Virus genome (UHGV): UHGV-0176771
DNA from: a virus
Direction: 5' to 3' (one strand)
DNA length: 64,000 nt
The notes under the pieces were generated by a model. The model saw nothing but the letters and a program-made list of their open reading frames with translations, had not been told where the DNA came from and ran no database searches. The position numbers and the translations under genes were made by a program. Below are positions 21,224 to 32,131 of the stretch, piece by piece (the stretch's first letter is position 1; every line of letters starts with the position of its first letter).

Positions 21224-21233
21224 AGCGGTTATT
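21207..21233. terminator. Bidirectional hairpin overlapping the toxin stop codon (AATAACCGC-N10-GCGGTTATT)
   Basis: Perfect 9-bp inverted repeat; on the minus strand it is followed by TTTTGCGTTTCTTAT. Confidence 0.5.
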
Positions 21234-21978
21234 CTTGCTAATTGTTTAGTTTATTAGCCTTAATTCCACTAAAGGCTCAACCGTCTATAGGATTCTGGTC
21301 TCTTTTATTTTGCACACATCAATGTGCATTCATTCAACCTATAGATAAAACCGCATTAACGGCTTCTTACTTTCTTTTATACTCACCTATTATAGCTTAT
21401 TTTACTCGAAAAGTAAATATAAAACAAATATAATTGCAATGTTTCTTTGTTGCACATCGCAAAGCATATTTTAAATAACAAACAATGTTTAATGGCACAT
21501 TGCGAAACCAAATATAATTTGAACCCCAGCCTTTTATTAGCCACATACTGGGTAGCGGAAATAATTTAACCCCGTACCTTCTTTTTGACTGCTGATATAT
21601 ACGGTCACAGCAAATAATAGAATAGAAGAGTCACTGGTGATGACCTTTCTATTCATTTAAGGACTTTCTTTCAGAACATAGTTCCTAGTTAGGCTATGGG
21701 AAATCCTCGCACCTTTGTAAATCTCCATGTAAACCGGTTCCTAACCCGGCGTACACTTCAAAGATTATTTATAGCAGTCATATTACGCTGCATCACACCA
21801 GATTTTACTTAATTAGACAGCGTCCTGATAAAGCAGGCTATTCTATGGTAGTTTATCGTCCCCCAATAGAGAAAGTGAGCCGTCTCTTTCACTTTTACTT
21901 TTGGATATCCAAGGCATCTCTCCTATATTCATATTCTCTTAATCACAAGCGGCAGGATAATAAATCCCACCGCTTATT

Positions 21979-24900
21979 TTAAAATGATCTGTGTACACCA
22001 GCTCTTTTGGCTTCTTTGGTAAATTCCTTTGTGACTCCTTCAATTACTTTCTTCATGCCAGGATAGGTTTCCTTGTCAATACTTCCTTGAACTTCTATCA
22101 TCTTGTCATAGTAATTATTTGTTACATTAGGTCTTTCACCAAGGCTGTTTGCAATGTTCAGTGAACTATAAATATCATCTTTGTGTTCACCAAGATCCAT
22201 AATGTTCTTTGACAGTCTTGCATTTACAACAGCATCACCATAAGTAATTGTCGTAGCTGTTCCTGTCAATGCACCACGCCTAACCATCATTTCAGGATTG
22301 TTTCCTTCATTGATACGAACAATTTCTGAACCATTTACAAATTTCTTTGTTCCAGACGCATAACCTCTTAACTGGTCAAGACTTACCCAACCAAGGTCAC
22401 GCTCTCCGAAACGAGGTGTTCTACTAATATGATATTTCTTCTGTGCCCAATTAGCATTATTAACACTGGTAATATATACTTCCTGACCACGCATTTCATT
22501 TCCAGCAGGGGACTGACCGTCAGAAGAGTAGTAGTAATCTCCACTTGCGAATATTACTTTGTCTCCAACATTTGGTACTCCGTCTCCGCCACCATTATTA
22601 CTCGGTGGTGGTGTAGTTGGTTTTGGTGGTTCTGGTTTTGGTGTGACAGTTACTGCACAACTATTTGTTGAAGTAGCTCCTCCACCATCTGTTGCAATTG
22701 CACTAATGGTAGTGCTACCTGCTTTGACAGCATGAACAGTTCCATTTGCAACTGTAGCAACATTTGGATTTGATGACACCCACTGCAAGCTTTTATTTTT
22801 TGCATCATTTGGTCTGATTGTTGCCGAAACTGTGCCTGTAGAACCTTCCTGTATAGAAAGTGTCCCCGGACTTAATGTAATTTCTGCAACTGGTCTGTTT
22901 GATAAGTCTGGATTCTTACTGATATCACCTTGAATCTGGTCATTCTTATCCTGTGTTGTTCCGTTCTGAATCTGACCGGTATTCACATCCGTCCAATCAT
23001 CCGGTCTATAATTAGGAGCATTAGTCATACTATTGTCAACTTGATCTTGTGCTCCATTACTTGTACCAAGATTTCCAAGATTATTGGATAAATCTTTATT
23101 CGGTACAAATCCTGTACTGTTAATGATTTGCTGAATTTTGTCATAAGCCTGTTGGTAGTTTCCAACAATATTTCCAAGCATTTGAGATATTACTTGTTCC
23201 TGCTTTTCAGCATTTCGAGTAACATCATATAATGTTTCCTCCAGCTGCTTATCGAGATCCTCACTCAAACCGTCCAGACCATTCTGGTGAACATCATATT
23301 CATGGTCATCACGGGTGTCTTGCATTTCTTCTTCGGCATCTCTAAGTTGTGCTTTTAACCTCTTTAATTCAGCCTGTGCACTCGCATTATTCGTGCCTTC
23401 GAGTGCAGCAATCTGAGCTTTCAATGTATTCACATCTCTAGCCTGTTTACGCAGAGTCTTATTGTAATCAGCATTTTTCTTTTTGATATCCAATAATTCC
23501 TTCTGCTTATCAATCGATTTTTGAGCAACTTCATTCTCTTGCTCAAGCATCTTTGTATACAGATCAACAATAGAATCTTTGTAGTCTTCTACAATATTAA
23601 CAGAGCTTGAAATCTGATTGAGAAATTCTTTTTGCTGCTCCTTATATTCACTTGTTGAGATATTCCCGTTCTTTAAATCCTCATCAAGCTTCTTCAATGC
23701 CTCTTGATAATTCTTAATCTGTTGTTTCGCAGCATTCATACCCTGACTAATCAAAGCCAAATTTGCAATACCATCAAGTGTTAATCCACCATTTTTCCCA
23801 ACAAAAGCATCACTATTTAAAAGTCCTCTTAAATCATCTGTCTGGTCAATCAGATCACCTAATGCCTCCTGTCCATCAAAGAACGGTTGCCATCTTACTT
23901 CCCAGATTTTATTTTTGAGGTCTTCAATATTATTCATTGCATCAAAGATAGCGTCATCGAGCTTTTCCATCTCTTCCGCATATTCATTATATTTGTCAGA
24001 ACCGACATCATATTTTGCCTGATCTCGTAATAGCTCTTGTCTCTTATTATAATTCGCTTGAATCTGTGCATTGGCATTATCAAGTTGCGCCTGTAAATCT
24101 TTTTCAGATATTTGTTCGCCTTTTGACTCTGTAAGGTCTGTGTTGTTCTCAAGACGTTTTGCAGTTCTGTCTAATTCATCGATTGCCTGTTGCAATTTCA
24201 ATAAATCAAGTTCTCTTAGTTGGTCTTGCAATTCGATCAATGTTGTTTCAGCTTCAGCAGCTTCTTGTCTGAATCCGTTTAATGCAGCTTGAGCTTCAAA
24301 CCATTCCGTTGAGTATTCAGCCATATACCCATTTGCCATGAGTTTATTGATTTCATCTTGATATGATTTAATCTGTGACTGTAATTTACCTGCAACATCC
24401 TGTTGATTTTTAATAGATTCTTGCAGAGAGCCATACATATTGTCGGAATATGCAGATTCTCCTTTTGCAGCCGCTAGTTCACGTAATGCTTCCTGATAAT
24501 CTACAGCAGAGGACTCAATTCCAGTCATCATATCGATGTAATCTTCAATATTATCCAATGCTGTCTGCGCCAGTTCACTCTGTTTGTTTAAGAGGTCATC
24601 GTACTGTTTATTACAGTCTACGAGCTTATCATAATAAGACTGTAGCTCACTGATTATTTTTTGAGTATCATCATCGTATTTTGAAATATCCATAGACCCG
24701 TTCTGAATCTGATGGACGATAAGTGGGTTTATTCCACTCTGTCGCACAATAGAATCAAAATGACTTTGATAAGTCCCAATTGCTTGCTGAGTCCTATTCA
24801 GTAGTTCACTGTTCTTAGACATTGCCTCATACAGTTTCTGTTGCTTATCTGGGAGGTGTGCGATACGCTCCATTTGACTCATCAATAAATCATACTGTGA

Positions 24901-27900
24901 TTCTAGCCGTTGAAATAACACCTCAACCCAGTCTGTATATCCAGATACTGCTTCTGATAATTTCTCTGCCGCTTCGGATGTATCAGATGCTGCTCTTGAA
25001 AGGTTATTTGATGCGGAGTTAAGATTGTTGGAAGTAGAAGAGTTCCCAATTCCAGAAATTCCTGATTGACTTCCAGATCCTCCAATGCCAAAACTTCCGC
25101 CACCACTTCCATTTGCAAAAGCAGTTCCAGAAGCGTAAGCTCCACCCATGAAAACTTTGGCACGAGAATTTACATATCCTTTAGAAAGTAGATCTCGTGT
25201 CTGAAGGTGGTTGAAGATTATGTCTCCACGTTTTAGATTTACGAATTCTGCACCATTGTCTCCAATGGTTGTGAATTTTCCTCCGCGTACAAGAAGTTCT
25301 GTTCCTAGTTCACCAACCAAAGCACGCTCATCTTTTTTTACACCCCAATCACCTTGGTCAAATGCGTGACCAGATTTAGGATTTACAGTTCCATCTGCAT
25401 GAGCAGTTCCGTTAAAACGCGGCATCATCAGTCTGCCATTTCCTACGTTTGTACCAGTACTTACTGTTTCAACTCTATGTGTATAAATATAAGTATGTGC
25501 AGCACTTCCGTCTAAACCTGACAGCATTCCACTTACTCCAGAAATTACCGGTGTAGCATGATCGCTAGCCTCGATATTTGTATTTGATTCATCAGGGATA
25601 CTTTCGACACTTCCAGTTACATTTTCTGCCGTTAATGAAGCAGAAGCATCTGTTGCAGTAATAACAGCTGTCTTTTGTTCCGGTGTTAAAGAATTCCAAA
25701 GACCAATCACATATGTAGCTTGATCTTGTGCAGTCATTGATGTAAATTTCGGATTTGCGCTCAAACCGTTCCATAAAGTAATAATGCCTGTTGCATGGTC
25801 TTCTCCGATTAATGGAACAGATTTTTGTATGAGTTCTTTCTTATTAATATCATCAATTACAGGAGTAGCGTTATCTACGGCATCTAAATGTACAGGTACG
25901 CCAGGAAGGTTAAGACCGTGTATTGCCTTTTCCATTACGAACTGAAGATCATTATCTACTTCATAAGCAATTGTTCCATCCGCAGTTATAACAGGCTTCA
26001 ATGCTTTTTCTACACCATCTATCTCAGCAGTATAAGTAACTGTTCCGTCTTCATCCTTAACGGCTTTAACTACAGACTCAACATTAGAAACATCTGCATT
26101 GTATTTAATAGTCTGATTTGCTTGAAGATTATTTAATGCTGTGTTCATTTCTTCTGTAGAATTGAATGTTTTAACTTCAATTTCCGGTGAAAGATTCTTT
26201 ATATCTTCGAGCACTTCTTCTTTGTTTTTTACTTTTAGTTCTGCATCAAGTTCAATGCCGTTTTCTTGTGCTAATTGACGAATTTGATCTTCCATCAAGC
26301 TAACCACTTCGTCTGTGTTTTCCCCATAGGCATTTTCTCTGAGAATCCTATCACGTTCTTCTTTTAAACTACTAATTGCTGTTTTTGCCTGTTCAACTTG
26401 TTTTGCATAATCATCTGCAGATTTTGTTATGAGTTGACCAAGATTAGCTTGGGTTTGCTGTAAGTCAGATTCAAGTCCTTTAATCTTTTCGCGCTGCTGA
26501 TCGATTGCTGTACTGTCTGCCCCAGTTGCTTCGAGCCTCGCCAATTCCGCTTTCGCATTCACGAGTTCTGTGCTTAAGTCAGATACACGTTTTGCACCCT
26601 GTTCAACAGAACCGACAAAGTTATTACTGAAGCCATAATCTTCAAGACGACCAAACATGTCCATAAAAAATTCAAAACCTACGCCCATATTTGTCGCAGC
26701 TTGCTCTAAATCTTCTATATTATATGTCCATTGCTCTGTTCCGTCAGCAACTGTCTTAAATGCCATTCCTTTGCTTTCAAGATCAGTTAAGAAATTATGT
26801 ACGCCAGATGCATCTTCTGTCAGATAGCGAGCAGCCTTAGCGTAATTTTCAGCAAAGTTTACAGCATCTTCTGCACCAGTAGGAGAGAAGTAGGCGGCTC
26901 TCTTTTTAAAGTCGTCGGTTCCGATCAACCCTTTATCAAACATTTCTTTTGCTTGCTCAAGATATGATTTTGCCTGAACATAGTCATCACCGGCATTTTT
27001 AGTTTCGTCAGCAGCACTAATTGCTTCGAAATTTTTATTTGCTTCTAAGTTAATACCAGTCGAAGCAAGTGCTTTTGCATTTTGGATCTCAGATTTTAGT
27101 TGGTTAAATGTGCCCGTAAATTTATCATTTACAACTAAGTCATAACCTTTTTCCAAATCTTCTAATGACAAATCTTTTGCTGCATCGCCATACAGTTCTG
27201 TTAGCTTTGCTAGTTGATCTTCAGACTCTTCAATTACTTTGTCAAAACCAAGAGATTTTTTGAACGCCTTTTGTGCTTTGCTATCATTAGGAAATGCTTT
27301 TTCAAGAGCTGTGTCAATTGTCGATATGTATTCTCCAACATTCAACATAGATGTATCCAGAGTCAACATATCTTTAATTGCCTTTTGTCCTTCTGGTTTC
27401 ATATCTGCCATAGGCTGAATAATTTCGCCATACATGAAAGACATAAAGTCACCACCATAGTCTTTAGCCACGGTTTCGTAATCAATATTATCAACATTAC
27501 CTAAGAATGCATCTTGAATTGATTTATCTAATTTTGTAAAAGTATCTGAAGTTTGCAGATACTGTCCGAGTGACTCTCCCATTTTAGACCATTGTTCTTC
27601 GATAAGAAGTTTTGTTGCAGCTATACTTTTTTCTGCTTCTGCATTTTCAACAGTCATTGAATTTATGGCTTCACTTTTATATTTTGACAGTGTATTTTTT
27701 ATCTCATTTGCAACATTTTTATCGAATCCTGATGTTGATATTGTCACATTGCCTGCATCATCAATAGCCTCTTGCATTGCAACGCCATTATCACTTAAAA
27801 TTTTTGCGATTTCTCTCTGAGCTTTCGCCCTATTTTCTCCATATGATTTTAAGCCTAATGTTATATCACCAGAAGAAGATAATTCGTCAGCATCAATTTC

Positions 27901-28899
27901 CATATCTGCCATCGCTTTATCATTTTTGTCAATGGTATTTTGTAGAGTTTTAATTTTGTCTTCATATTCCTCGATTTGAGCAACTGTGCCTTCGTAATTA
28001 TCCTGCAGACCTTCTCCAATCTTAACATTAGCAGATAGCATCTGCGCGTCATATAAACTCTTCAGACTTGCTGCAGCAGAATCTGCATTGCTACCAAGAT
28101 TAAGAATAGCATTTCCTTGTGCGTCATAACCTTCTACGAGAGATGGGAACTGTGACGCTAACTGATTACTAATATCCAGATACTGTTGATATTCCTCAGA
28201 AGACAGTCCTTTGTTTTTATTCGTTACAGTATCTACATTCTTGCTTAATTCACTGTATTTCTTTGCGACATTCTCTATCGCATCACCTGTCGTTTCAATA
28301 TCATCTGCATTATCTGCAAATGACTGACCAAGTGTGTCCAGAGTATTCTTGCCTTTAGAGAACTCAGCAAATGTCTCATCGATAGAGCTTTTCGCTTCTT
28401 TTCCTTTGGCAATCATTTTTTCTTGACGATGAATGTAGTCATCAATCATAGTAATAACGCCTTGAATCGCTACACCGGCAAGCATACCGATACCTGCGTT
28501 TAAAAGACTTGAACCGATCATTCCTCCTACGTTTTTAAGAGTAGAAGTTACTTTACCAAATTTTGATGTGGATTTAGAAGCTGACTCGATATGCGTATCC
28601 ATATCTTTAATGTTCTTCTTCCCAGAATCAACGTCACCTAAAAATGTAATAAGTTCTTTGTCTGCGTATCCCATAGATTTTGCCCAATCAACCCATTTCT
28701 CAGGTTGATTATCGCCTAATCCTGAAATAACTTTATTTGCTTTTAAAAACTCTTCACTTATTTGTGGAGTTTTATTTTTGTATGCATCAAATAAGCTGAA
28801 CCCAGTATCCTTATCATAGTTGAAAACCGTATAGTTTTGATGTACACTTATATTAAATACTTGCAATATTTTATATAAGGAAGAAAAATATGAGTTCAA
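21979..28899 (-). CDS. Tape measure protein, C-terminal gene (2306 aa). Contains TM hairpins, long coiled coils, a peptidase-like segment, a Big_2 Ig-like domain, a Pro-rich linker and a C-terminal SH3-like module
   Basis: Gly-rich TM helices ([29 protein letters not shown]), a very long heptad-repeat region, and Big_2-like [28 protein letters not shown]. The track start is a TTG just 2 codons after an in-frame stop, so the true start is uncertain. Confidence 0.8.
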   Translation of the reverse strand: MNSYFSSLYKILQVFNISVHQNYTVFNYDKDTGFSLFDAYKNKTPQISEEFLKANKVISGLGDNQPEKWVDWAKSMGYADKELITFLGDVDSGKKNIKDMDTHIESASKSTSKFGKVTSTLKNVGGMIGSSLLNAGIGMLAGVAIQGVITMIDDYIHRQEKMIAKGKEAKSSIDETFAEFSKGKNTLDTLGQSFADNADDIETTGDAIENVAKKYSELSKNVDTVTNKNKGLSSEEYQQYLDISNQLASQFPSLVEGYDAQGNAILNLGSNADSAAASLKSLYDAQMLSANVKIGEGLQDNYEGTVAQIEEYEDKIKTLQNTIDKNDKAMADMEIDADELSSSGDITLGLKSYGENRAKAQREIAKILSDNGVAMQEAIDDAGNVTISTSGFDKNVANEIKNTLSKYKSEAINSMTVENAEAEKSIAATKLLIEEQWSKMGESLGQYLQTSDTFTKLDKSIQDAFLGNVDNIDYETVAKDYGGDFMSFMYGEIIQPMADMKPEGQKAIKDMLTLDTSMLNVGEYISTIDTALEKAFPNDSKAQKAFKKSLGFDKVIEESEDQLAKLTELYGDAAKDLSLEDLEKGYDLVVNDKFTGTFNQLKSEIQNAKALASTGINLEANKNFEAISAADETKNAGDDYVQAKSYLEQAKEMFDKGLIGTDDFKKRAAYFSPTGAEDAVNFAENYAKAARYLTEDASGVHNFLTDLESKGMAFKTVADGTEQWTYNIEDLEQAATNMGVGFEFFMDMFGRLEDYGFSNNFVGSVEQGAKRVSDLSTELVNAKAELARLEATGADSTAIDQQREKIKGLESDLQQTQANLGQLITKSADDYAKQVEQAKTAISSLKEERDRILRENAYGENTDEVVSLMEDQIRQLAQENGIELDAELKVKNKEEVLEDIKNLSPEIEVKTFNSTEEMNTALNNLQANQTIKYNADVSNVESVVKAVKDEDGTVTYTAEIDGVEKALKPVITADGTIAYEVDNDLQFVMEKAIHGLNLPGVPVHLDAVDNATPVIDDINKKELIQKSVPLIGEDHATGIITLWNGLSANPKFTSMTAQDQATYVIGLWNSLTPEQKTAVITATDASASLTAENVTGSVESIPDESNTNIEASDHATPVISGVSGMLSGLDGSAAHTYIYTHRVETVSTGTNVGNGRLMMPRFNGTAHADGTVNPKSGHAFDQGDWGVKKDERALVGELGTELLVRGGKFTTIGDNGAEFVNLKRGDIIFNHLQTRDLLSKGYVNSRAKVFMGGAYASGTAFANGSGGGSFGIGGSGSQSGISGIGNSSTSNNLNSASNNLSRAASDTSEAAEKLSEAVSGYTDWVEVLFQRLESQYDLLMSQMERIAHLPDKQQKLYEAMSKNSELLNRTQQAIGTYQSHFDSIVRQSGINPLIVHQIQNGSMDISKYDDDTQKIISELQSYYDKLVDCNKQYDDLLNKQSELAQTALDNIEDYIDMMTGIESSAVDYQEALRELAAAKGESAYSDNMYGSLQESIKNQQDVAGKLQSQIKSYQDEINKLMANGYMAEYSTEWFEAQAALNGFRQEAAEAETTLIELQDQLRELDLLKLQQAIDELDRTAKRLENNTDLTESKGEQISEKDLQAQLDNANAQIQANYNKRQELLRDQAKYDVGSDKYNEYAEEMEKLDDAIFDAMNNIEDLKNKIWEVRWQPFFDGQEALGDLIDQTDDLRGLLNSDAFVGKNGGLTLDGIANLALISQGMNAAKQQIKNYQEALKKLDEDLKNGNISTSEYKEQQKEFLNQISSSVNIVEDYKDSIVDLYTKMLEQENEVAQKSIDKQKELLDIKKKNADYNKTLRKQARDVNTLKAQIAALEGTNNASAQAELKRLKAQLRDAEEEMQDTRDDHEYDVHQNGLDGLSEDLDKQLEETLYDVTRNAEKQEQVISQMLGNIVGNYQQAYDKIQQIINSTGFVPNKDLSNNLGNLGTSNGAQDQVDNSMTNAPNYRPDDWTDVNTGQIQNGTTQDKNDQIQGDISKNPDLSNRPVAEITLSPGTLSIQEGSTGTVSATIRPNDAKNKSLQWVSSNPNVATVANGTVHAVKAGSTTISAIATDGGGATSTNSCAVTVTPKPEPPKPTTPPPSNNGGGDGVPNVGDKVIFASGDYYYSSDGQSPAGNEMRGQEVYITSVNNANWAQKKYHISRTPRFGERDLGWVSLDQLRGYASGTKKFVNGSEIVRINEGNNPEMMVRRGALTGTATTITYGDAVVNARLSKNIMDLGEHKDDIYSSLNIANSLGERPNVTNNYYDKMIEVQGSIDKETYPGMKKVIEGVTKEFTKEAKRAGVHRSF

Positions 28900-29363
28900 A
28901 AATTAAATTCTGCGAAAAATGTTCGCAAACAAAAAAGAATATGGAGTCAGTAAATACAAATTATTCAGATGTTGAATCGCTTATTGAATTTGGCAAAGGA
29001 ATGATAATCGGATTTTCAGATGATGTAAAACGTTGTCCATACTGCGATAACGATCTGGAAACCATCAACATGTCCACTGACGATTTCCTAACCATCCGTG
29101 ATGCGTCCAATTGTAATCGAGATTTACTATTTGCAATGATAAAACTGCATGATGAAGATCCAATTGGGTATGAATTAAAAATGGCTCAATTCCGCGAGAT
29201 AGCAGAACGTAAAAAAGCAGAAGATTCCAAACCACGTTGTCCAAAATGCGGATCGACTTCAATCGCAACTGTCAACAAAGGTTATTCACTTCTCACTGGT
29301 TTCCTTGGCTCCGGTAAGCCTATGAATGTATGCCAGAGCTGTGGACATAAGTGGAAGATATAA
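28890..29363 (+). CDS. Double zinc-ribbon protein (157 aa)
   Basis: Cys pairs CEKCS...CPYCD and CPKCGS...CQSCGH; RBS AAGGAAG. Its 5' end overlaps the TMP-C start region on the other strand. Confidence 0.65.
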   Translation: MSSKIKFCEKCSQTKKNMESVNTNYSDVESLIEFGKGMIIGFSDDVKRCPYCDNDLETINMSTDDFLTIRDASNCNRDLLFAMIKLHDEDPIGYELKMAQFREIAERKKAEDSKPRCPKCGSTSIATVNKGYSLLTGFLGSGKPMNVCQSCGHKWKI

Positions 29364-29388
29364 GAATGTGGCAGGGGAGAACAGAAGT

Positions 29389-29619
29389 TTATTTGTCGAT
29401 TACTCTCTTCAATAATTTCTCATGCTCTCTACAAATAGTATCAAGATCAAATTCTGGCGAAACATCATCTGGAAGTTTTTCTACTGTTTTGTCAGAATTA
29501 ACTTGATATACATCACCGTTCCAGACAAACTGATTTTCGGAAATGTACAGCCAATCAGATTCAACGGAGTGTTTTGGATACGACAGAATAGTCATCGACT
29601 CGTCTAATTTTTGTTGCAT
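29389..29619 (-). CDS. Small hypothetical protein (76 aa from the ATG). The frame is open for about 27 further codons upstream, to a possible SD+ATT start
   Basis: ORF track. The composition is protein-like. The upstream in-frame sequence AAAGGTGGTGAgttaaaATT suggests a possible non-canonical start. Confidence 0.35.
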   Translation of the reverse strand: MQQKLDESMTILSYPKHSVESDWLYISENQFVWNGDVYQVNSDKTVEKLPDDVSPEFDLDTICREHEKLLKRVIDK

Positions 29620-29726
29620 TTTTATGTCATCAATTTTTAATTTGATTTTATATAAATCTATAACTAATTGTTTTTCGTCATCTGTTAACTTAATAATTTT
29701 AACTCACCACCTTTGGAGGAAATTTT

Positions 29727-30488
29727 ATGAAAGTATTAGATATTGTTCCATTATACTTAAAATATCAAAAAGAATACCCAAGAAATGATTATCCTGAACT
29801 ATCAGTAGATAACCTTGTGTATGTTCATGATGTTGATTTTTTCTTTCAATTTAATTCATCTAAATTATATGATAATCAATATGAATTAAAAATTAACATG
29901 GAAGCGTTTGCATTAAATGATACATATTTGAAAAGCATATTGTATCACGAATTCACGCATATATATGATTCTCTTATGTTCAAAAACAAAACAATAGATG
30001 AGTATAAAAGTATTTTGTCATATTACTCGGAAATACATTCATCGTACATCGAAATGAAAAGTAGGATAAAAGAAATATCGAATTCTATATATGTACAGGA
30101 TGAAAAGATCGCAATACCAATGGATATGCACATACAGCAAAAATATTTAAATATTAAAAAAGAATGGTCAAATTATATTGAGTATAATCCAGAAACCATC
30201 ACAGATAAAATAAAACGGCTCTGTTATTTTGTTGGACATTATAAATATCTGAAAGATAATTACGATATACCTGAATTTGAAATTGTATCACCATATTCCG
30301 AAGAAATATACAACATTATAAATGATTATTCTAATGAAGTGTATGATTTACAAGAACATTTTGATAAAATCATTCAAAAGTCAAAACGTCATAAAGACAG
30401 CCAAAATTTTGAGAAACTGCAATCAATTTTGGACGAAGATGCAATAAATCAAAATGCATTATTAAAATTATTCATAAATAAGGAATAA
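29727..30488 (+). CDS. HExxH zinc-metallopeptidase-like protein (253 aa)
   Basis: Motif LYHEFTHIYD (HExxH), with a downstream Glu as a possible third ligand. Strong RBS GGAGGAAATTTT-ATG. Confidence 0.6.
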   Translation: MKVLDIVPLYLKYQKEYPRNDYPELSVDNLVYVHDVDFFFQFNSSKLYDNQYELKINMEAFALNDTYLKSILYHEFTHIYDSLMFKNKTIDEYKSILSYYSEIHSSYIEMKSRIKEISNSIYVQDEKIAIPMDMHIQQKYLNIKKEWSNYIEYNPETITDKIKRLCYFVGHYKYLKDNYDIPEFEIVSPYSEEIYNIINDYSNEVYDLQEHFDKIIQKSKRHKDSQNFEKLQSILDEDAINQNALLKLFINKE

Positions 30489-30613
30489 TTGTTAAATGCG
30501 GATCTACGTCAATCACAGCAGGACAGAAAGGATATTCGTTCTGGACTGGATTCTTAGGAAGTAATAAAACAGTCAATAGATGCAGTAACTGTGGTCATAC
30601 ATGGAAACCGTGA
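30482..30613 (+). pseudogene. Start-less zinc-ribbon paralog fragment (GIIVKCGSTSITAGQKGYSFWTGFLGSNKTVNRCSNCGHTWKP). It duplicates the C-terminus of the 28890..29363 protein
   Basis: About 60% amino-acid identity to [40 protein letters not shown]. No ATG/GTG/TTG start. It sits in the -1 frame relative to the HExxH ORF and opens 8 nt before that ORF's stop. Confidence 0.5.
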
Positions 30614-30926
30614 TGGGAGAGTAGTAGTTAGAAATAGAGGTGTTTCTACAACATTTCTGTTTCTAACTCACGTATCCTACACATTAGGTCATCACATGAT
30701 TTTTGCTGCTTTTTCAATGTGTATTCACATGGATAATCTGTTTTGTGAAGACCAAAATTATTTTCGATTTTTTCATTAAAATCTTTATGCATTTGGTTCA
30801 ATATCTTTCGATTGTTTTTGTTTAATGAATATAAGAATATAATCATTCTACATTTTGTAAAGTGTAAGAATGTATATATTTTGTAATGCAGTAAGTGTAA
30901 ATTTTTCAATTTTAGGTTCACCACCT

Positions 30927-31103
30927 TTACCAGTAATTTAAACATACATCATCTTGTATATTAAAATACTTCCAGTATGGAATATAATCAATAGTGGAAC
31001 CAATATGGATGGTATCTTGTATTTTTGATGACTCTTCTTCACTTAATTTATAGATTTCAAATATATCATCAAGTTCTAGATTTTTTGTAACACTGTTTTG
31101 CAT
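30927..31103 (-). CDS. Small hypothetical protein (58 aa from the MQNSVTK start)
   Basis: RBS GAAGGTGAG upstream of the internal ATG of track ORF 30927..31139. Confidence 0.4.
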   Translation of the reverse strand: MQNSVTKNLELDDIFEIYKLSEEESSKIQDTIHIGSTIDYIPYWKYFNIQDDVCLNYW

Positions 31104-31139
31104 GTGGAACTCACCTTCTTTTACAATATTTATATGCAC

Positions 31140-31180
31140 AAAAAAGAGACATCAATTAAGATGCCTCTTGATTTAAAATT
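31140..31180. terminator. Hairpin with flanking T/A runs (AGAGACATC-AATTAA-GATGCCTCT); a terminator on the minus strand, possibly bidirectional
   Basis: On the minus strand the stem is followed by TTTTTTGTG; on the plus strand by TGATTTAAAATTATTT. Confidence 0.5.
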
Positions 31181-31360
31181 ATTTCACTTATGAGGGCGCA
31201 ATGCCTCATCTCTCTGATAAGAATAAAACTTATCTCTCTATCGTTTTACGACAAATCAGAGCAGTAAATATTACTATTTTTATCAAAATAAATCTCATAG
31301 TTTGGGATTATGCCATCCCAATTTTAAACAGTCATAAACCCACGAACAAATACACATCAT

Positions 31361-31537
31361 ATAAGGCAGGTAAAATAATATCATTTGTTACACTGTTGTT
31401 TGTCCATTTTTATTTAATAAAACACAGTCAAATGTTGTTTTATCTCTAGCAATTTCACAATTACATATCAATTCATCAAGAATTAAATTATTTTCAATAT
31501 TATCATTTTTCATCTCGTTTTTTTCAATTAAAATCAT
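31361..31537 (-). CDS. Small protein (58 aa, MILIEKNEMKNDNIENNLILDELICNCEIARDKTTFDCVLLNKNGQTTV), translationally coupled to the upstream gene
   Basis: An ATGA overlap places its start over the stop of 31534..31998. Below the track size cut-off. Coordinates accurate to about 2 nt. Confidence 0.4.
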
Positions 31538-31998
31538 TTCCAATTTATATTCCACCTTTTTAAAGTATCAATTGTTACATTCGGATTTAGATATTTCATA
31601 ATTTCTAACCCTTTATATTTTACTTCTGTTTCGTCATGAATGTTCCAAAAATGATGTACAATTTCTTCTATATATGCATAAGTTATAATTAAAAAATTAT
31701 TTGCCTTCCTTAATCTATTCATATGATAAATGATTAATGAAAATGTAGATGCACAACATTTTTCATCTTCTTCGTCAATTATTAATTCGTCACCGCCTAA
31801 AAAAACAACACTTGCCTTTTTGATACTTTCTTTGGTTATTCCATCTTTTTTCATGACAACTGCTGCGTATTTTAACACAAGTGCAAAAGCTTTCAATTCA
31901 TCTATTGACATTTCACAAGTTGATATTAATTCTATTTTGTCTTCAAATATATCTGGTTTTACAATATCGTGTATTGGAACAACATTTCTTACTCCCAT
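31534..31998 (-). CDS. Hypothetical protein (154 aa)
   Basis: ORF track; no motif recognised. Confidence 0.55.
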   Translation of the reverse strand: MGVRNVVPIHDIVKPDIFEDKIELISTCEMSIDELKAFALVLKYAAVVMKKDGITKESIKKASVVFLGGDELIIDEEDEKCCASTFSLIIYHMNRLRKANNFLIITYAYIEEIVHHFWNIHDETEVKYKGLEIMKYLNPNVTIDTLKRWNINWK

Positions 31999-32131
31999 AT
32001 TATTTTTCTCCTATTATTCATCATTAGTATCATTTCCATTATATACCAATAATGAATAGAAGAGTAGTCTGAACATATGCTTCTATAAAATCAAAACATT
32101 AGCCAATATAATAGAAGAGTAGGGTTATTCC

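Noticed and set aside
21420-21520. The two GCACAT(c/t)GC(a/g)AA direct repeats as DRa/DRb-type toxin-antitoxin RNA interaction repeats of the Fst-like locus
   Set aside because: They lie about 250 bp downstream of the toxin ORF, beyond its terminator, rather than at the RNA 5' ends. They are more likely operator-like repeats of the gap region.
30476-30490. Programmed -1 ribosomal frameshift joining the HExxH ORF to the downstream zinc-ribbon frame
   Set aside because: The zinc-ribbon frame only opens after the TAA at 30479-30481. The few frame-0 codons remaining before the HExxH stop (AAG GAA TAA) contain no X XXY YYZ slippery heptamer. A decayed duplicate (pseudogene) is the simpler reading.
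31201-31449. 82-aa plus-strand ORF with a GAGGG SD
   Set aside because: The product is an AT-rich-codon artefact (Ile/Leu/Lys/Asn/Phe). The opposite strand carries a more protein-like 58-aa ORF that is translationally coupled (ATGA) to the upstream gene.
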